DNA of 64,000 nucleotides from Alphaproteobacteria bacterium (GCA_964291215.2 OZ219790.1:1568001-1632000); one strand, 5' to 3'. Positions 10,294 through 21,284 are shown, counted from the first letter of the stretch. Notes: a model not told the origin generated them from the letters alone. A program made the numbers and translations.

Positions 10294-11295
10294 TCAGCAG
10301 CCCGCACAGCCGCCTTCGAGGCTGAAAAGCGCGGCAGCGTTGTCTCCGAGAACCGCGCTGGTGTCGATCTCCGAAAGCCCTGCCTCGCGCACGATCCGGC
10401 ACGGTGCCATGTCGCCGATGGGAAACGGGTAGTCGGACCCCAGCACGACCCGTTCCGCGCCGAAGCACGCGCACAGGAAGTTCAGGGCGCGCGGATCGAA
10501 GAGGACCGTGTCATACCACAGCATCCGCATCTGCTCTGCAGGATCGGCATAGCCGTCGTCCCGGTGCATCTCGTAGTTGCGGCACATGCGTCCAAGAATG
10601 AACGGTAGGGCGCCACCGCCGTGCGACAGCACCATCTTCATGCCGCTGTATTTCGTGAAATGACCGGCATAGATCATGCGGGCGATGGCCGTCGTCGTGT
10701 CGACGCCGCGCCAGACCGCGTTGATCATGTCGTAATCGAGAAGGCGGTCGTCGCCGCATCCGAACATCGGATGCATGTAGAGCACCGCACCGAGTTCGGA
10801 CGCCGCCTCCCAGAACGGGTCGAGATCCGGGTCGTCGAGGTTGCCATGCCCGCCCTTGGGCTGGGTGCCGATCATCGCGCCGGTGAAGCCCGCCGCCATG
10901 GCCTCACGCAGAACCTCGGCAGCCAGCCTGCCGTCCTGGAGCGGCACCGTTGCCAGCGGCTCGATCCACGGCTTGCCGCGCATGCATTCCAGCAGGTGCT
11001 CGTTCATGAACCTGCTCCAGGCAGCCCCTTCGTCAGCCGGGGTCTCGTAGGCGAAGCTGTCGAGCCAGCCCCCGGAAATCTGGACATCGATGTCGTTGTC
11101 CCGGAGCCATTCCTCACGCGCCTCGAGGCCGCGCAGCTTCGGCATGATCGGCCGCGTCGGCGCATTGCCCATGAAGGCGAGCCTGAAGCCAGGGCCCTCG
11201 CGCAACACCTCGATATTGGCAAAATCCTCCTTGCCCGAGACGACCGCGTCGAGCATCGGTTGGGGCACGAAATGCGCATGGGTGTCGACAATCAT
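10294..11295 (-). CDS. Amidohydrolase_2 family (ACMSD-like decarboxylase/hydratase)
   Basis: IVDTHAHF, YMHP, SHGGGALP, LGSDYPF. Confidence 0.85.
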   Translation of the reverse strand: MIVDTHAHFVPQPMLDAVVSGKEDFANIEVLREGPGFRLAFMGNAPTRPIMPKLRGLEAREEWLRDNDIDVQISGGWLDSFAYETPADEGAAWSRFMNEHLLECMRGKPWIEPLATVPLQDGRLAAEVLREAMAAGFTGAMIGTQPKGGHGNLDDPDLDPFWEAASELGAVLYMHPMFGCGDDRLLDYDMINAVWRGVDTTTAIARMIYAGHFTKYSGMKMVLSHGGGALPFILGRMCRNYEMHRDDGYADPAEQMRMLWYDTVLFDPRALNFLCACFGAERVVLGSDYPFPIGDMAPCRIVREAGLSEIDTSAVLGDNAAALFSLEGGCAGC

Positions 11296-13709
11296 CAGAC
11301 CTCTCCTCCATCCGTCCGGGCGTGAATCGCCGCCTCGATGTCGCAGGCCCGGATCGGAAGCTCGTTGATCTCGACGCCGAGCGGCGCCAGCGCGTCGTTG
11401 ATCGCCGAGGCGATCGCCGCCGGCGCGCCCAGATAACCGCCCTCGCCCGAGCCCTTCTGGCCGAGCGAGGTCATCGGCGACGGTGTGCAATGCTCGAGGT
11501 CAGTGACCGGCGGAATCTCGTGCGCCGACGGCAGCAGGTAGTCTACGAACGTCCCGGCAAGGAACTGGCCGTCACCGTCATAAGCGAACTTCTCGTAAAG
11601 TGCTGCGCCAATGCCGTGGGCGACGCCGCCGATGATCATGCCGCGCACGACATCCGGATTGATCGGCGTGCCGCAGTCATGCGCGATAACGTAGTCGAGC
11701 ACCGCCACCTTACCGGTGTCCGGGTCGATCTCGACCAGCGGGACATGGGCCTGGAAGGAAAAGCACGGATAGAGCGGCACCTCGTTGTTTTCGTCCGGCA
11801 TGCGGCCGCCGCCCGGAACCTGCTCGACGGCCATCGCCTGCAGCCCAAGCTCCTGGCCCTCGGGCATGCGGTGGAACTGTCGGTGGGCGATGTGCGCGAT
11901 CTCCTCGAAGGACAGGCGGCGCCCGGGCTCTCCGCGCACCTCGAACACGCCATCGGCATATTCGATGTGCTCGCACCCGACACCAAGGTCGTGGGCAGCG
12001 ATGGCAATCATCCGGTCCCTGATCTCGCGCGCCGCGCGCGACGTGGCGGTGCCAAGAACAATCGCCATGCGGCTCGCCACCGGGCTTCGCGTCGGAAGGC
12101 CTTCGAGCGAATCGCCGTGGACCACGCGGATAGTATCGGGATCGCGCTCGAGCTCCTCGCCGGCGATGGTGGCGACAAGAGTCTCGTGCGCCTGTCCCGA
12201 GGTCGTGGTCGACATGACGGCGGTGATGGTGCCGACGGGCTCGACCTTCAGAAGCACCGACTCGACGAATGTCGTGATCTTGAGCTTGGGATTGAACATG
12301 TACTCGAAGATGTTGTTGCCGCCACCAGGCTCGAGGCAGGTCGAGAGACCGACCCCGGCGAGACGCCCGGCGGCGCGCAGTTCGTCGCGGCGCGAGGCGA
12401 GCGCCTGTGCGCCAGCGGCTGCGAGCGCCTTGTCGAGCACCGCCTCGTAATCGCCCGAATCGTAGAGCGATCCGGTCGGCATCTTCCACGGAAATTCGTC
12501 GTTTCGCACGAGATTCCGGCGGCGGATCTCGGTCCTGTCGATACCGAGATGCCGCGCTACCCGTTCAATACCGGTCTCGATGGCGAAGTTAGTCGGCGAT
12601 TGCCCGAAACCGCGCACCGGCACCTGGCCGGTCTTGTTCGACGTCACCGATATCGCCTCGTATTCGATGGAGCTCATCCGGTACGGCCCGCAGAGTCCCG
12701 TGATCGGCTTGCCGAGCTGCAGAGGCGCGCGCCCGGGATAGGCCCCGACATCATCGAGGGCCCTGATCTTCATCGAGCTGATGACGCCGTCTTCGCCGCA
12801 GGCCATGGTCACGTCGAAGATCCGGTCGGGCCCGTGGGCATCGCCGCCCGACATGTTGTCCAGCCGATCCTCAAGAAAACGCACCGGCATCCCGAGCTTC
12901 CGCGCAAGGTACCCGACCAGCACCGTGTGCTTGATGCCCCGTTTGACGCCGTAGGATCCGCCGACATCGACATCGTTGTGAACACGCACGCTGTTGAGCG
13001 GCAGACGGAGCGCCGCCGAGATCTGTTCGGGATATTGCGGCATCTGGATCGAGGCCCAGACATCGAGGATCTCGCGGGCGTCGTCCCACTGGCAAACGAC
13101 GCCGAAGGTCTCGATGGGCACCGTCGAAGACCGCCCCCAGCGCGCGCGATAGCTGACCCGGTGCGCCGCCGCCGCAAAATCCCGCTCCACCGGCCCCCAG
13201 GAGAAGGTATCGCGAAACAGCACGTTGGAGCCGTGATCCGGATGCACGAGCGGCTGCCCCGGCTCGATCATGCGCTCCGATTCGACCGCCGCCGACAAGG
13301 GCTCGTAATCGACGCTCACCAGCTCCGCCGCGTCCTCCGCGATGTGGCGCGAATCGGCAACCACTGCAGCGACCCACTCGCCAGCATAACGCGTGAGCCC
13401 GACCGCGAGCGGGTACCAGAGGACATTCGGGAGATCGAGCCCGTGAAATAGGGAGTTGGTCGCAGCGCTGAGCTCCTCGCCCGTGACGACACGGTGAACG
13501 CCGGGAACAGCCAGCGCCGCCCGCGTGTCGATGTCGAGGATTCTGGCGCGCGGATGGGGACTCGCGAGCACCGCGACATGCTTCATGCCCGGCACATCGA
13601 CATCCGCAACGAACTTGCCGCGCCCCGAGATGAAGCGCCGGTCTTCGCGGACGCGCCGCTTGCGCGAAACATAGCGGTAGTTCGAGAGCGGGTGCGTCAC
13701 GTCAGCCAT
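11295..13709 (-). CDS. Xanthine dehydrogenase-family molybdopterin-binding large subunit (CoxL-like)
   Basis: REDRRFISGRGKFVAD, VGGSYG, YDSGDY, SGQAHET, HDCGTPINP, KGSGEGG. Confidence 0.9.
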   Translation of the reverse strand: MADVTHPLSNYRYVSRKRRVREDRRFISGRGKFVADVDVPGMKHVAVLASPHPRARILDIDTRAALAVPGVHRVVTGEELSAATNSLFHGLDLPNVLWYPLAVGLTRYAGEWVAAVVADSRHIAEDAAELVSVDYEPLSAAVESERMIEPGQPLVHPDHGSNVLFRDTFSWGPVERDFAAAAHRVSYRARWGRSSTVPIETFGVVCQWDDAREILDVWASIQMPQYPEQISAALRLPLNSVRVHNDVDVGGSYGVKRGIKHTVLVGYLARKLGMPVRFLEDRLDNMSGGDAHGPDRIFDVTMACGEDGVISSMKIRALDDVGAYPGRAPLQLGKPITGLCGPYRMSSIEYEAISVTSNKTGQVPVRGFGQSPTNFAIETGIERVARHLGIDRTEIRRRNLVRNDEFPWKMPTGSLYDSGDYEAVLDKALAAAGAQALASRRDELRAAGRLAGVGLSTCLEPGGGNNIFEYMFNPKLKITTFVESVLLKVEPVGTITAVMSTTTSGQAHETLVATIAGEELERDPDTIRVVHGDSLEGLPTRSPVASRMAIVLGTATSRAAREIRDRMIAIAAHDLGVGCEHIEYADGVFEVRGEPGRRLSFEEIAHIAHRQFHRMPEGQELGLQAMAVEQVPGGGRMPDENNEVPLYPCFSFQAHVPLVEIDPDTGKVAVLDYVIAHDCGTPINPDVVRGMIIGGVAHGIGAALYEKFAYDGDGQFLAGTFVDYLLPSAHEIPPVTDLEHCTPSPMTSLGQKGSGEGGYLGAPAAIASAINDALAPLGVEINELPIRACDIEAAIHARTDGGEV

Positions 13710-14190
13710 CGTCCGTCCTTTCCCGCCGCCGCCGTGCGACCAGCTGCACCGCCTCGACGATCTGCTGGTAGCCCGTGCAGCGGCAAAGATTGCCGGCGAT
13801 CGCGTCGCGGACATCCCCGGCGCCCGGATCGGGGTTTTCGGCAAGCAGCGCATGGGCGGCGATCAGCATCCCCGGCGTGCAGTAGCCGCACTGCATCGCG
13901 TGACATTCCCAGAAGGCGTCCTGCAGATCGCCCAAGTCTCCGTTTTCGGTCCCGAGGCCTTCCACCGTCGTCACTTCGTGGCCCTCGGCCTGCACCGCGA
14001 AGATCAGGCACGAGCGCACCGGCTCGCCATCGAGGAGGACCGAACAGGCTCCGCATACGCCATGCTCGCAGCCTACATGCGTGCCGGTCAGGCGCAGGAT
14101 ATCGCGCAGGCAGTCGACCAGCGTTATGCGCGGCAGCACGTCAGCCACGTGTTCGCGCCCGTTGACGCAAAGCCTCACCAGCGAGGTCAT
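13702..14190 (-). CDS. [2Fe-2S] small subunit (CoxS-like)
   Basis: GCEHGVCGAC, QCGYCTPG, GNLCRCTGY. Confidence 0.92.
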   Translation of the reverse strand: MTSLVRLCVNGREHVADVLPRITLVDCLRDILRLTGTHVGCEHGVCGACSVLLDGEPVRSCLIFAVQAEGHEVTTVEGLGTENGDLGDLQDAFWECHAMQCGYCTPGMLIAAHALLAENPDPGAGDVRDAIAGNLCRCTGYQQIVEAVQLVARRRRERTDDG

Positions 14191-15050
14191 GACGCCGCCA
14201 TGGCAACGGCGCGGGCGGTCAGGCGCCTGACAACACGCGTCCGGTACGCTGCCGTGGCATGAACGTCGCTCTCGGGCGAGATAAAGTCGTCGAGCCGTTC
14301 AAGCGCGGCCCCGATCCGGCCTGCATCCGTCGGTCCGCCGACGAGCGCCGCCTCGACCTCGGGGAGACGCACCGGTGCCGCGGCGACGCCACCGACACCG
14401 ATCGCCGCACGCTCGACGGCGCCATCCGGCGCGAGCGCGATCTGGGCGGCAGCAGCAACGATCGCGAAATCCCCCTCACGGCTCGCCGTTTCCACGAAGC
14501 TGGCGCCGACGCGAGCGTGGTCCCATACCGGCAGGCGGATTTCCGTGAGTATCTGGTCTGGCTCAATGCCGGTCATCATTGCGGCCTCGAAGAACCCGTC
14601 GATCCCGATCTCGCGCACGCCGCCGAGATCACGGAGAACCAGGGAAGCGTCGAGAGTGATGGCAACGAGCGGGATCTCGGCAGCGGGATCGCCATGGACG
14701 ATGCTGCCGCCGACGGTGCCTCGATTGCGTGTCTGCTGGTGGCCGACATGACGGATCGCCTGCGCAAGAAGCGGCAACCGCGCAACCACCACATCGGAGC
14801 GTTCGACCGCACGCTGCCGCGTCATCGCTCCGACGGCCACATGGTCCCCGCAATCGCTGATGCCAGCAAGGCCGGCGATGTGGTTGATGTCGACCAGAGC
14901 GTCGGGCCGCGCCATGCGCATGGCCATCAGGGGCACGAGGGTCTGTCCGCCGGCGATGACCTTGTATTCTCGGTCTCCCGCCTCGGCGAGCAGGCGGCAC
15001 GCCTGATCGAGAGAGTCGGGACGCAAATATTCGAACGCTGCCGCCTTCAT
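14187..15050 (-). CDS. FAD-binding medium subunit (CoxM-like)
   Basis: IAGGQTLVP, TRNRGTVGGS, GDFAI. Confidence 0.9.
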   Translation of the reverse strand: MKAAAFEYLRPDSLDQACRLLAEAGDREYKVIAGGQTLVPLMAMRMARPDALVDINHIAGLAGISDCGDHVAVGAMTRQRAVERSDVVVARLPLLAQAIRHVGHQQTRNRGTVGGSIVHGDPAAEIPLVAITLDASLVLRDLGGVREIGIDGFFEAAMMTGIEPDQILTEIRLPVWDHARVGASFVETASREGDFAIVAAAAQIALAPDGAVERAAIGVGGVAAAPVRLPEVEAALVGGPTDAGRIGAALERLDDFISPESDVHATAAYRTRVVRRLTARAVAMAAS

Positions 15051-15253
15051 GACCGACCTTCCGCCATCGGTGCACCCGGGCCGGAGCGGACATCATATGT
15101 CGGGAACTTCAACGGCGGGTCTCCGTGACTGGCGTTCCAACCGACGGTTCACAGGACCGCTGCGCCGGGTGGGACCACGCGGAAACCGCGTGCCGGGAAC
15201 GCTGCGATGGTAGCCACCGCCGGAATGCCGGTCAAGGCAGCCGTGGGCTTGCC

Positions 15254-15312
15254 CAGGACTTTCCCACGCTGTGGTTGATGTTTTGAATGATCGCTGAACG
15301 GGACACAAATTT
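15254..15312. repeat. Fragment shared with the IS1634-like remnant at 61617-61674
   Basis: caggactttcccacgctgtggttgatgttt(t)gaatga(t/c)cgctgaacggg(a/g)cacaaattt at both sites. Confidence 0.8.
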
Positions 15313-15683
15313 CAGATGTCCTGACCTCGAGTCCGATTTTCCCAAACAGAGTGATGCTTCCGGGCCGGGTTTGCGTGCGTTGTCTGGCAGTTCGTAGATC
15401 ATGCGGAGGCCGGTTCCGGGGAAGACCGTGCGCATCCGGTTGAGTTCGTCGAGCAGTCCGGCGATGTCGGCGTCGCGCGCGTTGCTGGCGGTGCCAAGGA
15501 TGCGCACCCGCAGGACGCCGTTCTCCGGGTCGGGGATGATGTCGGCGTCCGACTGGAACAATTCGGCGAGAGGGCGTCGCGGACGCTACTTTGCGCCCTG
15601 CGCCGCGGCGACGGCGGACATCATCCGGGTCTCGGCGCGGTAGGCGATCATACGAACGATGTCGAGCAGAAGCCTCTCGCTGG

Positions 15684-15866
15684 CAGGACCATTCTGTTGT
15701 CGCGGTCGGCGGCGGACAAGCACGTCAGAGTGGCCGTTCTTGAAGTCGGTGGCACCTTCTCAAGGTCGGAACCGGCCTATCGACAACGAAATCCGCTCCC
15801 GAACAGACCTCCAGATCTGCCTACAACGTCCCTCGTCGGACGAAACATGACAAAAGAAGAGCCCTG
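15684..15866. mobile_element. 183-bp MITE with CAGG ends (ISAs1-like termini)
   Basis: TIR caggaccattctgttgtc / gacaaaagaagagccctg; flanks cctctcgctgg / cctcacgctgg; empty site visible near 46914-46930. Confidence 0.8.
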
Positions 15867-17034
15867 CCTCACGCTGGAGGGCAGGACGTCGAGCCTCTCG
15901 TCCTCGTCAAGCTCGGCCACCGTGACATGCTTCGGGGTTTCTGAACGCCGGACCTTGAGCGCCTCGTGCTCGGCGTCGAGCGTCACGATCTCGTCCTTCA
16001 GCGTCCCGTGACGGCGGTGCCGGACGGGGCGCCCCCGAGCCTTTCAACATCCCACACTTGTACAGGCATCTCATTCCCGCCTTCTCTTGCCCAGTGCGTC
16101 GCGCACCTGGATCGCCCAGTGCAGCCGCTCGAGACCCTGCCAGACCTTCTTCGTTCCCGGGAGCGATTGCCGCGCGGCAAGATGCGATCCGACGAGGCGT
16201 CCGAGATCGATGACCACCGCCCTGATGTCGGGCGCCTTCCCGTCCGCCATCCTCACGACGTTGCGATGACCCTGCGCTTCCGGCAGCGTGTGGAGCAGGT
16301 CGACATCCTCCTCCGCAAACACCTCGCTCGCCGGGGTCAAGGGACGCTCCTGCGCGAGGACGGTCAGGACGTGGACGGCAAGGCACTTCTTCAGGTCGTC
16401 GGCCCGCCGACGGTCCTTGATCCGGGTCTTCAGCGTGCGGAACCATGTCTCGATGCTCCATCGCAGGACGGTCGCCGCGTGCACGGCCTCCGCTTGCGCC
16501 GGGCGCTCGGTGGTCAGCAGCGCCTCGTCGCCGTCTCGCTGGCCGCGAACATGGACATAGGCGTCGCCCCCGCAGTGCGGCGGCGCCACCTGTGCGGATC
16601 TCGAGACGGACAACGCGCTCCTTGCGGGCGCGCGGGCCGCCGGGATCGTCAGCTCCGTCACGGGCCGCGACATGCTCCCACAGGCACGCCTCGTTGCCGT
16701 CCGCACGCGCTGGCTCGCGCGCACCAGCAGCGCGGCCCCGGCGTCCGCAGCTCCCGGAAGTCGCCCTCGCAGACCACCCGCGTGTCCGGGCAGGCCGCCG
16801 CGAGCTCCCGTGCCCGCCCGGCGCCGGCTGTCCTCCCCGGGTTCCTGCCGGAAGGCCGCGTGCATCAGGCCCGGGGGCCGGCCCTCCGGCGTCACCGCCA
16901 GACCGGCGAGAATGCCGACACTCCCCTTGCCGATCCCGTCCGGACCCTTCGTCGACCCCGGGCCGCTGCAGTCGAGTGCCATCGTGTCCTGTATCGCAAG
17001 AGGCTCTGTCCGACAACGCTTGACGGTCGCCTCG

Positions 17035-17573
17035 CACGACGATCCCATGCTAATTCGAAGACGCGAAATCCGAATGCGTTGGGGCTCGGCTCATCACAGA
17101 TCGCCTCCTTGATCGCAATTTTCAGAGGTCCTGACCTCGTGAGTTGACTTGGTCAGCCCGTGATCCCTTCTTCCCAGTACAATGAATGATTTGACCGGTT
17201 TTGTACTTGACAACAGAGTCGCATCGTGGTCCAATATAATGTGATGCTTGTAATGGGATGACCCCGACCCTGAACACGTTCGCGATGTACCCGTCTGAAG
17301 CCCCGTCCCGATCGGAACCTCGTGCTTCTCCCTTGCCGATGTCGACGTACCGACCGTCTTGTTCTCGAACCTGAAGCCCTTCGACTGCCAGACAACGCAC
17401 GCAAACTCGGCCTGGAAGCATCACCCTGATTTGGAAACATCGAAGCCGAGGTCAGTACGTCTGATTTTCGTGCCAAGAAGGCCTCATCAAGCCTTGGCGG
17501 CACGATTGCAGCGCGACGCAAACTGAGAAAATCTCGCCAGTCGTCGCCGGATTAGCAGCGTGGGATCATCGTG
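17035..17573. mobile_element. MITE with CACGA(C/T)GATCCC ends, copy 1, carrying a nested MITE
   Basis: Perfect 9-bp TSD gtcgcctcg (17026-17034, 17574-17582); homologous to 51424-51617. Confidence 0.88.
17123..17463 (+). mobile_element. 341-bp internally deleted derivative of the CAGA-ended element
   Basis: Ends cagaggtcctgacctc / gaggtcagtacgtctg; 5-bp TSD atttt; empty site gatcgcaattttcgtgcc at about 51500-51517. Confidence 0.88.
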
Positions 17574-18577
17574 GTCGCCTCGACATGCGCCTCCGGAACG
17601 TGCTCCATGGAGATCCTCGGGTTCGACAGCAATCGGCAGGCGGCCTTCTGCTCCGCCTTCTCGGGGAAGATGACCGGCAGGTCCTCCCCCATGTTCTCCA
17701 TCCAGGCCCGGCCCATGTCAACGATGCGCCGCCGCATTCGCCCGTCGGCGTGCGCCCGTACTCCCGCTCCGCGTCAGTGCCGTCATGGGCGCCCGCCAAG
17801 GCGCCAAGTGGATATCGTCCTGTCCCGTGGAGCGCCAGCCGCTCTCCAGCGCCAGGACCCACAACCTCGCCACGGCCCCTGCGCGGCTCGTGGAAGCTCG
17901 CTTCGCCCCTGTCCCGAAGCTTCTTCACCGCCCGCTGCATGGTCGCGCGGCTCACGCCGCCTGCAGGTCTCTTTGAGGAACGCGGTGCCTGGCGAACCTG
18001 TCGATCCGCAGCAGCATCGCCGGCCGGTCGCCCTCGTCGTGGCAGGGCCCATGTTCGAGAAGTAGACGGTCTGTCCGTCGACATCCGCAAGGGAGAAGCA
18101 CGAGGTTCCGATGGCTTCAGGAGGGTGCATCGCGAGCGTGTTCATGGCCGGGAGTATCCAGTTACAGGGGTCATGTTATATCGGGCCATCACGCGGCTAT
18201 GTTGCCAAGCAAGAACCGGGAAAATCGTTCATTGTGTTGAAAAAAAGGGGGGCCGGACTGATCAAGTCAGCTCACGAGGTCAGGACGTCTGAACTTGGCT
18301 CACCGCCGGAATCCCGTGCTTTTCCTCTGCCGTCGAAAGGGCTTCCCCGGGGACGGCGCAGCTTGACCGCTACCCGAACCGCCACGCCCTGATTCGGTCG
18401 GACCAGCCCGGCGCAGTAGGTCGTGACTGTCCCGCCTTCGGTCTCCGAGGCAGTGGGGATGCCGGCCAGGCTGGCGCCTCGCTGGCCGCGGACTTACATG
18501 CCTTATGCAGCCCCGCGGACACCGCCAAAGGGATCTGTCGGCACTATTCGGAGGTTGGCACCAGGCTTCTCAAGTTC

Positions 18578-19021
18578 GTGTTCGCAACGGAACCGCCACA
18601 ACGCCAGAGGACCGTGAACGAATTCGGGAGCTTGACAGAAGAGGGCTTCCACTATACGGTTGCGAACCACGATCAAGCACTTGAGGTGGTGGCCGAGGAG
18701 CTGTTCCGCAACGTCGATCCCGAACCGGGCGGCAGGACGACGACAACAGTCGCGGAAACACGCATACCAGAGCAATTCCGGGAGGGGGGGGGTAAATCCA
18801 TAGCCACGGGCGGAGACGCTTCTGCGACAGTCAGAGGAGCGTTTGAACCGGTTCCCGAGGCGGCGCGGGCGCAGGCATTCGCAACTCTGTTGCGGATTTC
18901 AACGGCTGGCTTTAAAGCGATTTTTGCCGCCCAAGGAGTTGATGAGGTCTTCATCGACAAATCCACGCGCCAAGCGCCGTGGATGCCACGGGACGCCTTT
19001 CGTCTCGGACGCCGCGCGTGA
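18578..19021 (+). pseudogene. Hypothetical gene fragment (unidentified)
   Basis: Coding-like ORF of lower GC with no clear start, next to the IS stack; contains a G9 run at 18784-18792. Confidence 0.3.
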
Positions 19022-19180
19022 CGCCTCGCGCAACATCGTCCCCGACCCTGGAACCCCGGCGGGCCCGATGTCCGGCAAAAGGAACCCCCGGACACCGGCC
19101 ATGCGAGGACCAAACGGTCGCATCGGCCGCCCGGGACGCACAGACCAGAAACCGAACGATTCCCGGAGAAACAGCGCAAG

Positions 19181-20152
19181 ATGCATTACGATTTCGTCCC
19201 GCTGCCCGAAAGGCAGCCACTCAAATGGCCTGGCGGCGCCCGCGTCGCCCTGCTGATCACCTTCAACCTCGAATACTGGGACCTGGTCCGCGATTCCGAG
19301 GGTGCCTACTATGCCGGCGGCCCGGCGATCCTGCCCGACCCCCTGCCGGGCAATGTCGCCGACATCCCGAACTACACCTGGCGCGAATACGGCCAGCGCG
19401 TCGGCATATGGCGCCTGTTCGACATCATGGACCGGGCCGGGGTGCCGGCCAGCTGCACGATGAACGCCAAGATGGGCCTCGAGCGCCCGCAGGCGATCCG
19501 GTACTGCGTCGAACGCGGCTGGGAACTGGTGGCGCACAACTACGTGCAGAGCGACCTGCTGACCAACTACTATTTCGACGATAAGGGCGAGCGGGAACTG
19601 GTGCTCGAGACGCTCCGGATCTATGAGGAGGTCGTGGGCAGGAAAGCCTCCGGGTGGCTGTCATCGTCGCTACGCGGCAATCCATCCACCGTCGACCTTC
19701 TCGCCAGCCAGGGCCTCCTCTACACCACCGACTTTCTCAACGACGACCAGCCCTACCTGATCCACACCGACCACGGCCCCATCGTCTCAATCCCCTACTC
19801 CAACGAAGTCAACGACTTCATGATCTTCATGCGCCGAGGCAACACCACCACCGAGGCATTCGAGGTCTTCAAGGAGCAGTTCGACACGCTCTATGCGGAG
19901 GGCGCGGAAAGCGGGCGGCTGATGAATCTCGGCCTGCACCCACATGTCGTCGGACAGCCGTTTCGCGTGCGCTGCGTGCGCGAGTTTATCGATTACGCCA
20001 AACAGTTCCCGGACGTGTGGTGGACGACCCGCGAAGAGATCGCGAAATGGTATCTCGAGAATCACGAAAGCCACATCCCGACCCGACCCCGGCCCCAGGG
20101 ACGCACCGAGACGCCCGAGAATCAGAAACAGGGCCGCCGCGACAAGGCATGA
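19181..20152 (+). CDS. Polysaccharide deacetylase family (PuuE/allantoinase-like)
   Basis: WPGGARVAL, NYTWREYGQRVGIWR, NDDQPY, LGLHPHVVGQPFR. Confidence 0.88.
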   Translation: MHYDFVPLPERQPLKWPGGARVALLITFNLEYWDLVRDSEGAYYAGGPAILPDPLPGNVADIPNYTWREYGQRVGIWRLFDIMDRAGVPASCTMNAKMGLERPQAIRYCVERGWELVAHNYVQSDLLTNYYFDDKGERELVLETLRIYEEVVGRKASGWLSSSLRGNPSTVDLLASQGLLYTTDFLNDDQPYLIHTDHGPIVSIPYSNEVNDFMIFMRRGNTTTEAFEVFKEQFDTLYAEGAESGRLMNLGLHPHVVGQPFRVRCVREFIDYAKQFPDVWWTTREEIAKWYLENHESHIPTRPRPQGRTETPENQKQGRRDKA

Positions 20153-20210
20153 CGGCAGAAGCGAAGCAGGCGACGGCGTTTCCAGGCGTCAGCCGACGAC
20201 GCCCTGACCC

Positions 20211-21284
20211 GTGCCGCAGGTAAGCAGACACCTTCGGGAGCTTGCGCCACGGCTCCCGACGCTCGGACTTGCCGCGATCGGCGGCTGGCTGTTCTGGCTC
20301 GTCGACGCGCCGCTGCCCTGGTTCTTCGGCGCGCTGTTCGCGGTCGCAGGCGCCAATCTCCTCGGTTGGCGCGTCAGCGGTCTGCGTGGATCCCGCCAGC
20401 TCGGCCAGATCTTCGTCGGCACGACGATCGGGCTGTATTTCACGCCGGCCGTCGCCGGCATCGTGGCTGCCCACCTGCCGTGGATGGTTCTCGTCGGAAT
20501 CACTTCCATCGCCTTCGGCGGAATCGGCGCCATCTTCGTCGCGCACTTCGCGAGACTCGACCGTGCCACCGGGTTCTTCGGCAACATCCCCGGCGGCATG
20601 GCGGAAATGATGGAGTTCGGAGATCGCTTCGGCGCCCGCCCGGTGCCGCTTGCATTGTCGCAGCTTACCCGCGTCACCATCGTCATCCTGTCAATCCCGC
20701 CGGCGCTCACCCTCTTGGGCCAGAGCGGCGACGATGTCTTCGTGCCGCTTACCCAAACCGTCAACCTCGACTGGCTCTCGCTCCTGCTCGCTGCAGCCAT
20801 AGTGACGTCGCTGGCACTGAACCGCATCGGCATGCCGAACAGCTGGATGCTGGGGAGCGCAATGCTCGCGGGCTCGCTCACCGTGTTCAGCATCGAACTC
20901 TCGGCCATGCCGAGAGAGATTCTCGGCATCGCGCAGATCCTGATCGGCGTCGCCCTCGGCGAACGGTTCGACCGGTCCGCGATGCGGTCGGCGCCGCGGG
21001 TGATCATCGGATCAGCCGCGGTAACTGTCGTCATGATGGCGGCGTCAGTGCTCGTCGCACTCCTGATCGCCGATCGTACCGGCATTCCGGGCGCGGCGAT
21101 GATAGCCGCCGCCGCGCCGGGTGGCCTCGCGGAGATGAGTCTCACCGCCGCCGTTCTCAATCTCGGCGTACCGCTGGTAACCGCCTATCACATTGTCCGG
21201 ATTGTGCTCATTACCCTGTTCACGCTTCCAGCTTGGCATATTGCCGAACGGTATCTCCCGGCAAGGCAGGAACGTGCCGGATGA
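20211..21284 (+). CDS. AbrB-family membrane protein
   Basis: Two repeated hydrophobic halves with PGGMAEM and APGGLAEM motifs. Confidence 0.85.
   Translation: MPQVSRHLRELAPRLPTLGLAAIGGWLFWLVDAPLPWFFGALFAVAGANLLGWRVSGLRGSRQLGQIFVGTTIGLYFTPAVAGIVAAHLPWMVLVGITSIAFGGIGAIFVAHFARLDRATGFFGNIPGGMAEMMEFGDRFGARPVPLALSQLTRVTIVILSIPPALTLLGQSGDDVFVPLTQTVNLDWLSLLLAAAIVTSLALNRIGMPNSWMLGSAMLAGSLTVFSIELSAMPREILGIAQILIGVALGERFDRSAMRSAPRVIIGSAAVTVVMMAASVLVALLIADRTGIPGAAMIAAAAPGGLAEMSLTAAVLNLGVPLVTAYHIVRIVLITLFTLPAWHIAERYLPARQERAG

Larger units (their letters stand above)
16051..17870 (-). mobile_element. IS4-family (IS50/Tn5-like) transposase remnant
   Basis: AEQKAACRLLSN, LAIQDTMALD, RWSIETWFRTLKT, PGTKKVWQGLERL; end cccacacttgtacaggcatc; left end missing. 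Confidence 0.8.
15313..18291 (-). mobile_element. Unclassified IS with CAGA(T/C)GTCCTGACCTC ends (HTH plus Transposase_29-like protein), degraded, hosting nested insertions
   Basis: Inverted ends cagatgtcctgacctc (15313) and gaggtcaggacgtctg (ending 18291); flanks aattt/aactt; C-terminus MIAYRAETRMM...DELNRMRTVFPGTGLRMIYEL; N-terminus MNTLAMHPPEAIG. Confidence 0.75.

Noticed and set aside
11322-13451. Long antisense ORFs (also 22846-24921, 7624-8844, 8706-10058, 28746-30023)
   Set aside because: Shadow frames of well-supported high-GC genes, with no motifs
11295-15050. Aerobic CO dehydrogenase
   Set aside because: The large subunit lacks AYRCSFR (form I) and AYRGAGR (form II), and there are no cox accessory genes
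18578-19021. OLD/TOPRIM nuclease fragment
   Set aside because: Only a vague resemblance with no diagnostic motif; left as hypothetical
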